Below are positions 41,186-53,710 of a DNA stretch of 64,000 bases, one piece after another. The first letter of the stretch is position 1. Every line of letters begins with the position of its first letter. The notes under the pieces are model-generated. The model searched no databases, was not told where the DNA came from, and saw nothing but the letters and a program-made list of their open reading frames with translations. Source of the DNA: Zygnema circumcarinatum SAG 698-1b (taxonomy: Eukaryota > Plantae > Zygnematophyceae); assembly GCA_037447605.1 (NCBI GenBank), contig CM074817.1, positions 2,480,001-2,544,000 of the forward strand, in the 5' to 3' direction. A program made the position numbers and the translations under genes.

Positions 41186-41536
41186 GGGGGAGTCAGACAT
41201 TGACCATGGCCATGCTAAATTCCCGAATTACGTATACTAAAATTCAAAGTTTCGTGTACGAATTCCGGGTCGGGATCCGCGGCTCCGCCGTACACATCCG
41301 TACCGAAATGCGTAAGCCAATGCTTAATTCGCCCGAAAGGCTTACGAAATAGCGCGGCATAGGCGTAGTTTTCCGCTCTTAGCTTCGTTTTATTGTGTTC
41401 AGGTCCTTTGCGACCAGTCCCTCGTGGTTCCACATTTTGCTTTTGTCCATGTACATTTGATGGCCTCGCCATCGTGAGTTCAATGAAATTTTTCCTTACG
41501 AAATTGATTTGGCGATGATCAATGTCTGACTCCCCC
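41186..41536. mobile_element. 351-bp MITE-like element with 18-bp perfect TIRs GGGGGAGTCAGACATTGA, flanked by TA
   Basis: TIRs at 41186-41203 and 41519-41536, with TA at 41184-85 and 41537-38. The superfamily is not determined. Confidence 0.8.
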
Positions 41537-43681
41537 TACCATGAACGAAACCTGGGACCTTGCAATGCTACAAGGAAAAGGGCGACTAAATTTGACATAT
41601 ATTTTGTAGAATTCATAAATTTCGGATAGAGTTCAATATTGGGAAGGATCAAACTCTGAACCCTGATCCCATCATGGCTTGCTTTCAACCCCCAAACGAC
41701 AATATAACATACGGTCTCCTGCGGTCCTGCCCACGGACGAATTAATGTCTGTTCGCTTCCGTTGACCGTCGTTGGTAGACGTCCCCGTCCCTACAATTAC
41801 AAGATCCCGCAAAGTAGATCACCCACGTGGCAATATGCCACGTGGGTGCGTTGTTGATGTCCTCCGCGAGCTTACCAATCTCCGGCGTGCGCGTACCGTG
41901 GCACTTTGGGAGCACTCCCTGCCGATATGATTACGTGGCGCGTAATGATTGGCTCAAAGGATTTAGTTAATTTCTTTCTGATTTTTAGGCCCTTCGGGAC
42001 TGTCACTTGGCTGTATCAAACACGTGTTGCGCTTGCGTCACGACAGCTGGCGCCGTTACTTGTACGGCCGTTTTCCTGCCCGACACGTAGACGGTATTGC
42101 AAAAGTCCTTAAAAGCGCGCTCACACGGGCCTGGTGTCGTCGTTGTCCTTTGGGAGGCATGGCGACGATCGTTTTCTTCTTCGGAACAAAGTCAAACATC
42201 GTCCAATGGCTATGTGCCACGTGTCCAAAGTGTACACGTCGCAGCGTTTTATTGGCAGATTTTCGGCTAAAGTTTTTCGCAAGTCGAAGACTTCCCGCAT
42301 TTTTATTGCGTCAAAAGTCGGCAGGGAAAGACGGCCTGTCGCCGTGCGACGTTCCCAGAAGTCACATTAAGTCTAAAAACGTCGCAATATAGCATTTTTT
42401 CGTCGCATGACGTCGCAACCAGTCGCATGCAATCCCACGGAGGGCTGTCGCAATGCGATTGTTGGGCGTCCTTTGAGCGGGCAGCCAGAACAAATTTCAA
42501 ACCGGCGCTACTGACAGACGGCAAGTGCCCATTGGAGCTACTTCATATTACACATGTCACGGTAGATTCTGATTGGTCTGACTACCGGAATTTGTTTTTC
42601 GGGCAGGGCCAAACTGCACCCAAAAACTCCATTAGTCGTAGGGCGCAGTTGGAAGGTGGCGTCGAGTGGCAGCACCCCAGTGCTTCAGGAGACAAGGGCT
42701 TGGCTGTGGCTGCCTGAGGTTGAGAGGAGTCCTCTCCCTCGTTTTCTCTCGCTCCTCCTCTCCCTCTCCCTATCCCTCTTCCTCTCCCTCTCTCTATTTA
42801 TCGCCTTTACTGTGAGAAGTTAGCAGAGCAGAGTAATAGGCTTCAGCGAAGGGAAGGACGATAGGGGGTTGGAGTTTAATGGAGGAGGTGGCGATGGAGG
42901 AGTGGCGGGAGAGAAGCCATGGATGGAGGGAGGCCGGCTTGGAGCTGTTAAGCAGGGAGAGCGGTTACAGCTGCTAGCTGTAAGGGTGCTCTGGGGCTGC
43001 AGAGCTGAGCGAGAAAGTGGGAGGGAGAGGGAGAGGGAGAGGGGATGAGAGGAGATTAAGGGAAGAAATGAGAGAGAGAGAGAGAGGGTGAGGGAGTGGG
43101 GATAGGAGGAGACTGAGGGAGAGTGATAGAGAGTCGCGGAAAAAAGGAGAAGGGTGGGAGTGGGAGGAAGGGGCAAGTGGGGGAGAGAGTGATAGAGAGA
43201 GGGGGGGGGGGAGAGAGGGGAGGGGTAAATGAGGTTCTGCGTGTGAGCAAGAGGTAGGAGAGGCTCTCCACATGACATCATGCGTTTTTAAAATGGATCA
43301 TGGCTGCAGAATATGCAGCGTGAGGGCTTGTGATGCATTGCACTGCATCATCACTTCATCACTACATCACACTGCTGAGCCGCCTAGACGCTGAGGAATT
43401 CGTACACACGGTCACACTTCGAACGAGAGAGCGAGAGAGAGAGGGCGAGAGCGAGGCACTGAGTGAGAGTAGTGGGGGTGGAGTGGGAGGGAAAGAGTGC
43501 GCACGTGAGCGAGAAGGGAGAAAGAGGGAGAGAAAGTGGGCGAGGGGGACAGGGATAGGGAGGTGGGAGAGAGTGAGAGAGCGCGAGTAAGCGGGGCAGT
43601 GGGGGAGGGGACAGAGAGCGGGAACTACTGAGAGGAAATCGAGAGAGAGAGAGATCGAGAGCGAGAGAGAGAGAGAGAGAG

Positions 43682-44283
43682 ATGGGTAGTGGGGAGTCCA
43701 CTTCGCCTGGCGCGGCGGAGGGCGGCGACCAGTTCCCTGCGGGCATGCGCGTGCTGGTGGTGGACGACGACCCGCTCTGCCTCATGATCCTCGAGCGCAT
43801 GCTCCGCCGCTGCGCCTACGCCGGTGAGCGCCTGCCCCCATGCCTGCCCCCATGCATGCCCCCATGCATGCCCCCATGCCCCCATGCATGGGCATGGGAC
43901 AGCATAGCACGTGCGCAGTCGATGGTATGCATGGCGTGCAAGAGCTTGTTCGGTTCGCGACGGCGGAAATCAGAATTCGGGGAGGTAATGCACGCGCGTG
44001 GACATAGGGTTGGGAGGGGTGGGGTGTGGGGAGGAGGGGCTGAAGGGAGTGAGAGCAAAAGAGCAAAGGGGAGTTGTGGGGGTTGAGAGTCTTTGAGGGT
44101 GAGAAGGGGTTGTGTTGGGTAGTGTGAGGGCTGTGAGAAACGGAATGAATGTGGGATTTCTCTTGTGAACATGGATGAGTGGTTTTTTAGGGCGTTGTGT
44201 GGTGGTGGAATGTACGTAAAGGCGGCGGTTTTGGGTGTGATTTGTTTTCTTCTCTCACAATTGCATACCTTTCTTGAGAAGGT

Positions 44284-44318
<35 letters not shown>

Positions 44319-45569
44319 NNNNNNNNNNGGATGAGAGGAGATTAAGGGAAGAAATGAGAGAGAGAGAGAGAGGGTGAGGGAGTGGGGATAGGAGGAGACT
44401 GAGGGAGAGTGATAGAGAGTCGCGGAAAAAAGGAGAAGGGTGGGAGTGGGAGGAAGGGGCAAGTGGGGGAGAGAGTGATAGAGAGAGGGGGGGGGGGAGA
44501 GAGGGGAGGGGTAAATGAGGTTCTGCGTGTGAGCAAGAGGTAGGAGAGGCTCTCCACATGACATCATGCGTTTTTAAAATGGATCATGGCTGCAGAATAT
44601 GCAGCGTGAGGGCTTGTGATGCATTGCACTGCATCATCACTTCATCACTACATCACACTGCTGAGCCGCCTAGACGCTGAGGAATTCGTACACACGGTCA
44701 CACTTCGAACGAGAGAGCGAGAGAGAGAGGGCGAGAGCGAGGCACTGAGTGAGAGTAGTGGGGGTGGAGTGGGAGGGAAAGAGTGCGCACGTGAGCGAGA
44801 AGGGAGAAAGAGGGAGAGAAAGTGGGCGAGGGGGACAGGGATAGGGAGGTGGGAGAGAGTGAGAGAGCGCGAGTAAGCGGGGCAGTGGGGGAGGGGACAG
44901 AGAGCGGGAACTACTGAGAGGAAATCGAGAGAGAGAGAGATCGAGAGCGAGAGAGAGAGAGAGAGAGATGGGTAGTGGGGAGTCCACTTCGCCTGGCGCG
45001 GCGGAGGGCGGCGACCAGTTCCCTGCGGGCATGCGCGTGCTGGTGGTGGACGACGACCCGCTCTGCCTCATGATCCTCGAGCGCATGCTCCGCCGCTGCG
45101 CCTACGCCGGTGAGCGCCTGCCCCCATGCCTGCCCCCATGCATGCCCCCATGCATGCCCCCATGCCCCCATGCATGGGCATGGGACAGCATAGCACGTGC
45201 GCAGTCGATGGTATGCATGGCGTGCAAGAGCTTGTTCGGTTCGCGACGGCGGAAATCAGAATTCGGGGAGGTAATGCACGCGCGTGGACATAGGGTTGGG
45301 AGGGGTGGGGTGTGGGGAGGAGGGGCTGAAGGGAGTGAGAGCAAAAGAGCAAAGGGGAGTTGTGGGGGTTGAGAGTCTTTGAGGGTGAGAAGGGGTTGTG
45401 TTGGGTAGTGTGAGGGCTGTGAGAAACGGAATGAATGTGGGATTTCTCTTGTGAACATGGATGAGTGGTTTTTTAGGGCGTTGTGTGGTGGTGGAATGTA
45501 CGTAAAGGCGGCGGTTTTGGGTGTGATTTGTTTTCTTCTCTCACAATTGCATACCTTTCTTGAGAAGGT

Positions 45570-45604
<35 letters not shown>

Positions 45605-46712
45605 NNNNNNNNNNGGGGTGTGGGAGGAGGAGAGATGGTTCGTTTTTTTCATTCGCACTGTGGTTCGTCGTTTCTGCATGCAGCAGATTGTGTTTGAGTG
45701 AGAGATGTGTTTGGGCAGCAGGCATGAGAAGGCGAAGGATATGAGGTTCACGAGGGAGAGAGATGTGTGGGATTCAGGAGGGCGGGGTGGGAGAGGATGC
45801 AGACTTGTGAGGGGGGAGGAGAAAGGGGGAATGGTGAATGGGAGATGAGGGTGACAGGAGAAGGAAGAGGTATTGAGGGAGGATGACACGGAGAGGGAAA
45901 AGGGGGGAGCAGGGAGTGGGAGTGGGAGTGGGAGTTGAGGGAGGGAAATGGAAGAAAAGGCCGAGCAAGGAGGCAGAGGTGGAAGGTGCGGGAGTGGGAG
46001 AGGGGGCGCTGGTGGAGGGAGAGAGGGAGAGAGAAAACGAGAGGGGGAAGTGAGAGAGAGAGAGGCTGGGGAGAGAACCATTTGACGACATCGAAAACAT
46101 TCCCTCATTGCAAGAATTATCTTTTTACAGAACGACCGCTCTGACATGTGCATGAGGAATGCCTCTCATGCAGCCATTCAGCCCTTAGTCATACTGCTTC
46201 CATGGCCTCCCCTCCTCCCCTTTTCGCCCCATCCTTTTCTCTCTCTCTCGCGCTGTCTCTCCTTCCCCCCTCTCTTTCTATCCCTCTGACACTTTTTCTC
46301 TGACTGCTCTTTTTCTTTCCTCTCTCGCTCTATCTAACCCCGCTCTCTTTCACACTACCCTTTCTTCTCTCCCTCCCCCCACAATGTCTCCCTTTCCCTC
46401 TGTGACTTTTTCTCTATGACTGCCCTTTTTCCTTTCTCGCTTGACTTCCCCCCCGCTCTCTTGAACACTCTCTCTCTCTGTCTCACTCTCTCTCTGTTAC
46501 CCACACACACACAAGCCATGGCGTGGGCCACAGTGACAACGTGTGGGAGAGCGACCACCGCCCTCGCCCTTCTGAGAGAGAAGAAGGGAGCATTCGACCT
46601 CGTCATCAGCGATGTGTACATGCCCGACATGGATGGCTTCAAGCTGCTTGAACTCGTCGGCTTGGAAATGGATCTTCCTGTCATCAGTACTGTCCTTTTC
46701 CTCTCTCCCCCA

Positions 46713-46752
<40 letters not shown>

Positions 46753-49700
46753 TCTCTCTCTCTCTCTCTTTCTTTGTGTTTATGTGGTTTCAACTGTTTT
46801 CTTCAATTTTTTTGAGGTGGGCAGGCAAGGACCATCTTACCATCAGAATGCTAAGGTTTCAACTGAGACTGAGAATAAAACATAAGCTGACAAACTGAAC
46901 TGTTCCATGTGGGTTTCGTGGAAATCTGCAGTGATGTCGGCTAACGGAGAAACAAGCGCAGTGATGAAGGGGATAACACATGGAGCATGTGACTACCTCT
47001 TGAAGCCTGTTCGCATTGAGGAGCTCCGAAACATTTGGCAGCATGTCGTTCGAAAAAGGTCGAAAGAGGGGAAGGTGTGGCCTCCATTGCTATCGTTTTC
47101 TTCTCTCTCTCTCTATCTCTTGCTCTCTCGCTCTCTCTCTCTCTCTCTACTGCTCGACCCCTTCTTAACAAAATGCACTGCAGAGAAATGCAGCTCCATT
47201 CTCCTCAACCTAATCCTATCCTTATCAGATTACCGTCAATATTGTTATCGCTGATGGGTTAATGCAGACGCAATCTGCTCCTTCCTCAACAACACCTTTT
47301 CTTACATTATAATCTCATCCTGACCCAATATTGCGTATTATACATATGCAATTTTATATTTTTTTGCTGGCAGGCGGAGGAGCAGTCCGGAAGCGTGGAG
47401 GAGCCGGAGCAGACGTTCTCAAAGAAGGAGGAATGGAATGAATTTACTTCAAGCGTGAACGAGCCCGAGAAGCACAACAGTCTGCTGTATGGGGGTGAGC
47501 TGAAGCAGCTGCAGCAGGTACAGGGAAGGAAGAGGAAGGAGAAGATGGAGGAGGAGGAGGCAATGGGAGAGGACGAGGAGGGAGACCCCAACGCGGCTTT
47601 GAAGAAGGCGAGGGTTGTATGGAGTGTGGAACTCCACCAGCAGTTTGTCAATGCTGTCAACCAGCTTGGCCTGGACAGTATGTGCAACTGCAACTCCTTT
47701 CTACTCCTTTCTCCTCCTCTCCCCTTTCTACTCCTCGCTGCTTCTCCTTGTCGTCTTCTTCTTCTCCTCCTTTCTCCTTCACTCTGCTTTTCTTTGTCTA
47801 CTCCGCCTCCTCCTTTCTCCTCCTCTCTGCTACTCCTGCTTGGCTCCTCCTCCTCGTTTGTCCTCCTACGCTTTCCTCGTCTTCCCTTTCTTCCTCACCT
47901 TCGCCTCGTCGTTGTCCTTCTCTCACACTTCTCCTTGTGTTCTTCTCCTCCTCTTCCTTCTTCCTTCGTCCTCCTATTCTTTCTTCGTCTTCCTCTCCTC
48001 CTCTCTCTTCTCTTCCTTCTTCCACCTCTCTTTCTCCTGCTTCTCCTTTCCCTCATTTACTATCCTCTTCCTGTCTGTTTTTCTCAAAGACACCCTGCTA
48101 AACACCGTGTGGAAATCATTGTGAAAAAAGAGTCGGCAATCTCCTGCACATCAAAAGCCCACACATTCTCAAGGGGTCCTCCTAATGCTGAAACATTTTC
48201 ATCAATATGACAAAGCCGTGGGCTACTTCTTGGGGGGGGGTGTGTGGCAGAAGCTGTCCCAAAGCGTATTTTGGAGATCATGAACGTGCAGGGCTTGACT
48301 CGGGAAAATGTTGCATCTCATCTGCAAGTAATTGCTCTATCCTAACATGTTCAAATTAACTCACTCAATGAGCCAATATCTCCCTGCAAACTGAAAACAC
48401 TCATGCCTCTTTTTGACTTTGAAGTGAGAATTGGGTTTTCTTTCTTTCTCTCTTGTTTTTGGTGAATTTCGCAGAAATATCGGCTTTATTTGAAGCGGTT
48501 GAGCTCGGTTCAAGGCCTATCCCTGAGCTCGAACTCTATGCTGAGTCAGCAGCCGCAAGCTGGAAGCAGCCATAGTGGAGGGAGAGGGATATCTTCTGAG
48601 CATTCCTCCTTAGGAGGGTTTTTAGCAGAAGGCTTATCTTCGACTAATTCTCTCGCAGCTCTGCAGGTGAGAGAGACAGTTCTACCACCCCTCTTCATAG
48701 CCAAAAATGAAACAGAAAAAGTGGTAGAAAAATGATACTATCTTTCTTTCACGCAGACAGGAATAGAAAAGAAGAAGTGCACAGTACGAATTATGCTGCA
48801 GTAAACGGAATCCTCCTAGTTTATGTTTCAGATTTAGCTCCAAATCATGATGTTAGGAAGCCATGGATGGGAGGGCGGTAGGCTCAATTGGGTATGGTCC
48901 AACAGGGAGGAGGAAGTGGGAGCAATCTCGGGGGGGGGTCATCAGTCGATCCGACGGTTCTCCTGCACATCGCTAATCTGCAGGTTCAGTTTTTTTCGAA
49001 AAACCCAAAATTCGGATATCCTAACTCACCGACCATCTTCGTTTCAGCAGCTTCTAAAGGATCTATTGCTTCAAAATCCAATCTTGATCTCAGTTAGAGA
49101 GTCACCCCAAAACCCCGTCCTCCCTTCCCCCTCTCCCTCCCTCCCCCCTCCCCCCCCCCCCAAAAGAAACCCTAAAACACCTTACACCTTTGTTGAAACT
49201 AAAAGGTTGTTGTTAGAGATAAAACGCGGTTGTTCGAATTAATCGGTGACTGTCCAAATTAAAAGGTGGTTGTTGACATTAAAAAAGTTGTTCCTGAAAT
49301 TGAAAGATCGTTGTCTTGATCGTTGTCTAATCTATGTCAAGTAATGTCTGTCTATGGAGATGCAGAGCATGCAAATGCAGCTACAGCTTCAACACCAGGG
49401 AAGAATCTCGGGGGTGGCTCCCAAATCCCACCTCCCAAGTGGGGGAGGGGGGGGGGGGGGGGGNNNNNNNNNNGGGGGGGGGGGGGGGGGGGGGGGACCC
49501 GCCCTATTGGCCGGACAGGCAGCAATTCTGCAGGGTTTACAGGGGGGCTTTGACCTTGACCGGTTGGCTCAAGCCCAGCAGCAGTTAGCCAGTCTTAACC
49601 AGTTCAGGAGAGGGAGGGAGGAGCAGACCAGGGGAGGGAGTGGAGTGGGAGGGTCTCTGGGAGCAGCGTTGGGAGTGAGTAATATGGGGAGTAATGCTCT

Positions 49701-50924
49701 GCTCGTGCAGTTGCTGGCACAGCAGCAGCAGCAGCAGCAGCAGCTGCAGTTTGGTAGGGGAGGAGGGGGAGGAGAGGGGATGCAGGGAGGGAGAGGGGGA
49801 GTGGGAGAGCAGGACCTGCTGGGAGCGATGGCGAATTCTAATCCTTCGAGTCTTGCGGAAGCTTTGGCAGCGAGAGGAGGGAGTGGGGGAGGACTTGGGT
49901 CGTATTATGGAGGGGAGTTGGGAGCAGCTCTGAGAGGAGGAGGAGGAGGAGGAGGAGGAGGAGGAGGAGGAGGAGGAGGAGGAGGAGGAGGAGGAGGGGG
50001 AGGGGGAGGGGGGATTGATTCCATGATGGGAGGAGAAGGGTTGGCGGAGATGCAGTCTGTTCAAGGGGTTCAGGGCGGCCTCGGAGGGTATAGGCAGTTT
50101 AATATGAGTCAGGGTTCAGGAGGAGGATTAGGGCGAGAGTTGGGCGGGTTTGGACAGGAAGGGCAGAGTGGAATCCCGAATCCACCTTTGGGAAGGGGTC
50201 AACTCTGGGGAGAAGAGAGTGGAGCAGCGAGCGGTGGACTCGGAGAAGTGAGTGAGGAGCTGAAGTTTGGTGGGAGAGGGATGATGCAGGGAGAGGAGGG
50301 AGAGATGGTGGGAGAGGGGATGGGGAATAGCGGAACCGTGGAATGGAGAGGGGTTCCGGTCGGTGCGGGACAGAGTGGAGTGGGAGTGGGAGTGGAAATG
50401 GGAGAGGGGAGGGGGGAGGAGAGAGGGATTAGAGTGAAGAGAGAGGTGGGAGAGAGTGACTTGGCAGGAGAGATGGGAGAGCAGCAGATGCATCATCATC
50501 GCCATCCCTCAAATCAACATGATCCTGACCAGCAGCATCTCTCCTTCCTCCATGTGAAGGGAGAGGGGGAGAAGGTGGGAGAGGCACAGGGAGAGAGAGG
50601 GCAGCCAGTGGGAGAGACAGACCATGAGAGCCATGTGAGGAGTCAACAGGGAACGGAACTGAAACTGGAAACGGCAGACCCCTCCACTGAGACAGGGAAC
50701 GCGGACGAGCTTCTGAACTCATTTTTTAGACAGGTGAAGAAGGGTCAGATTAATCTAAATAAAGAGTCGATCTTATCCCTTGTAGAGGGTGTGGGATTTT
50801 TTTTTTTTTTTGAAGTTTTTAAATAATGTTTAAGCAGTTTTCTTACATCTTTTTTCTATGATGGCTGTCTCATATGTTGCAGGACTCCGGAATTCCCGGC
50901 GGGGACATGGAAACGGGTCTCTAA
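43682..50924 (+). CDS. Type-B response regulator (receiver domain, GARP/Myb B-motif and long G/Q-rich C-terminus), 9 exons
   Basis: Exon 1 43682-43823 (duplicated at 44968-45109; MRVLVVDDD), 46534-46686 ([19 protein letters not shown]), 46932-47074 ([10 protein letters not shown]), 47374-47677 ([23 protein letters not shown]), 48251-48327 ([26 protein letters not shown]), 48475-48666 (KYRLYLKR), 48882-48983, 49366-50733, 50883-50924. The phospho-acceptor Asp and the Lys are intact. Confidence 0.95.
44329..45604 (+). repeat. Gap-bounded duplicate of 43043-44318 (includes RR exon 1)
   Basis: Offset 1286. Both copies end in the same poly-G run at an N-gap, and copy 2 has gaps on both sides. Confidence 0.9.
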
Positions 50925-51682
50925 AGAAGTTCAAAAATGGACTTTTCCGCGACTTGATGCATTCGATTAGCAGTGAGGGGAGGGAGGGAGGGAGGAAAAA
51001 AAGATACGAGGAAGTCTTTTTCGACCTTTCTCAATTCCTCTATATTCGCCGCGTCTGCCACGTGTCAGTCATTCAGTGGCAGATTGTCTGGCGGCCAGCA
51101 CTTTGGATTGGAGGTCTGTGCCAGCTGTCGGCTGGTGATTCGTTTGTAATTTTTGGAGACGCCTCCGTACGGCACGGCATGGCATGCCATGGCACGGCAT
51201 GGCATGTGACGTGACGTGACGTGACGTAGATGAAGCTCTTAGAGGAACACTCTCCTTCACCAAAAAACAACTCTTCTTCTTCTTCTTCTTCTTCTTCTTC
51301 TTCTTTTGCTTCTGCAGGCCTCTATCCCTCCCCCTTTTTTTTTTTTTTTTTTTTTTTTTTCCTTTCAGACTTGAAAAGGGATTACATTTTTTTTTTTTTC
51401 TTTCCTCTTGAATTTGGCGTATGCCGCCGCTCTACGGCGAAATCAAAATAGGGAAATTCTGTAATTTTGCAGAAAGCATGGCTTTGCCAGCGATCGCTCT
51501 CATACTCTGCCCTTTTGAAGGTTTTTGGTTGAACTTAGGGTCGGAGGGAAAAGGGGGATTGGTGCTTTTATGATGATTGTGAATTGGGTTTTTCGAATTT
51601 GCTTCCTATTAAAAAACCCCAAAAGTCGATTTGTTGATTCACGAGGGAAAGTGGGTTCGGGCTATTGAGTAGAGCGCATGTT

Positions 51683-51822
51683 CAATGGTTGGTATCTATA
51701 GCCAATGGTTGTATTCATAGCCGATGGTTGGTACCCATCACCAATGGTTGGTATCCATTGTGAATGTTTGGCATCCATTGCCAATGGCTGGTATCCTTTG
51801 CCAATGGTTGGTGGGTCAGGTC
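51683..51822. repeat. CCAATGGTTGG minisatellite, ~20-22-bp degenerate unit, ~6 copies
   Basis: Read directly. The flank GGTCAGGTCCAACC matches GGTCAGCTCCATCC beside the 1960-2092 array (opposite orientation). Confidence 0.8.
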
Positions 51823-51939
51823 CAACCTTCTCGTGCGTCCCCTGCGGTTCTATGGACAGCTGTTCCACGGGTTCCGTCGTTCGTACGGTACCAATAAACG
51901 GCGGAGAATTGGACGCGTATGGAAAGATTTTTTATTTTT

Positions 51940-52479
51940 GGGTAACTCTACTGCACCCCCGCGTTTTGTCTTTCGCACCCCCCTTTTGAAAATTTTGCCT
52001 GCCCGTTTTGGTACCCCCCAGTTTTGAATATTTCGGGAATTTTTTTTTTNNNNNNNNNNGAAGAGGAGAGACGAGGAGGGGAGGGCAAGGGAGGGCAGGG
52101 CAGGGGAGGGGAAGGGAGGGGTGGGGAGGGGAGGGCCGGGGAGGACAGGGCAAGGGAGGGGAGGGGAGGGCATGGGAGGACAGGGCAGGGGAGGGGAGGG
52201 GAGGGCCGGGGAGGAGAGGGCAGGGGAGGGGAGGGGAGGGGAGCGGGCGGGAGGGGAGGGCCGTGGAGGACATGGCAGGGGAGGGGAGCGGAGGGGAAGG
52301 GGGGAGAGGGGAGGGGAGGGGAGGAGAGGGCACGGAAGGGGGGGGAGCGGAGGGGACGGGAGGGGCGGGAAAAAAAAAATTCCCGAAATATTCAAAACTG
52401 GGGGGTACCAAAACGGGCAGGCAAAATTTTCAATAGGGGGGTGCGAAAGACAAAACGCGGGGGTGCAGTAGAGTTACCC
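51940..52479. mobile_element. Second copy (gap-collapsed) of Mutator-like element B
   Basis: It starts GGGTAACTCTACTGCACCCC at 51940 and ends GTAGAGTTACCC at 52479. The right arm 52040-52479 is the reverse complement of the 38958-39337 arm. The flanks TTATTTTT / TTATGTAA are not a clean TSD, so the arms across gap 52030-39 may come from different insertions. Confidence 0.8.
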
Positions 52480-53710
52480 TTATGTAAACCGCTCGCAGCC
52501 CCGAGCGGGCGCAAGCGACCGTCGATCTCCCGCGATCGCGGAGCCGCAGTCCCTTACGCCCCCGCCTGCCGTACGCTCCGCAGCCCCGCGAGGCCCCGCC
52601 GCCGGGTCGGCGCAGCTCCGGAGGCCTGGGTGGTACGGACGTTTTATCACCCTTTTTTTTTTGGGGGGGGCGTTTTTTTTTTTTGGTGCGCTTTTTTTTT
52701 TTTGAACTTTTTTTTCTGGGTTTTTTTTTTTTACTTTTTTTAGGTTTTTTTTTTTCCTTTCTCTTTTTTTTTTTTTTTAGACCACCGCGGCGACCCCGCT
52801 ACACAGAGACAGAGTCCAGGCACCGCCGCCCGCCGCCTACTCGCGGCTAAGTTTGCAAAACCACGAGGACCACTCCCTCTCCAAGCGACATCGCCGTTGC
52901 GTTTCTCGTAACGCAATAGCGGACGGGGGGCGGCGGCCATGGAAACGTAAAAATGCGATACGATACGATACGATATTTGCGCCTTTGACAATACGGACTG
53001 TCTCTCCGCCGCTAAGGGATGCGTCCTCGTGGTTTCTTTCTGCTCTTCTCCTGAACGCCCTCCCCACTCGCCGTCCGCGATAGCCCGAGCAAGGGTCCTG
53101 CCTGCCTGCCTGCCTTCTGTATTTCTTCCCTTCGCCCGTCATTTCTCTGCAGTGATGGAAACGCGATCTACCCCCCATTCTGATTGTCCACCTTGGTTGG
53201 TAGAGTTGGATAGAAAAATTGATCATCCAAATTACCTTATATGCAAAGATGGATCCGTTTTATCGACGGAAGATTTAGTGAGCATTATTTGTGCAGAGCC
53301 AGAAACTACTGAGATTGGCTTGGTGGCTGCAATGGAAAATCGTCGCAGCATACCAATTAATGGAAGGTATGTATACATATGTACATTTTTTTAGAAGGAA
53401 ATAATTGAGAACATTAATGTGTATTTTGTAAGGGTTCTTTTGTTTCAGGTTTAGGTTGTTTTAGGTTGTTTCAGGCCGCTAGAGAGGAAGGGAAGGAGGG
53501 AGGGAGGGAGGGAGGGGAGGAGGAGGGAGGGAGGGAGGGAGGGGNNNNNNNNNNGGAGAGGAGGGAGGGAGGGAGAGAGCCGACGCAAGAGAGGCGGTGG
53601 CAGCGGGAGTGGCCGCTAGAGAGGGAGGGAGGGAAGGAGGGAAGGAGGGAAGGAGGGAAGGAGGGAGGGAGGGAGGGAGGGAGGGACGGAGGGAGGGAGG
53701 CAGTTTGCAC

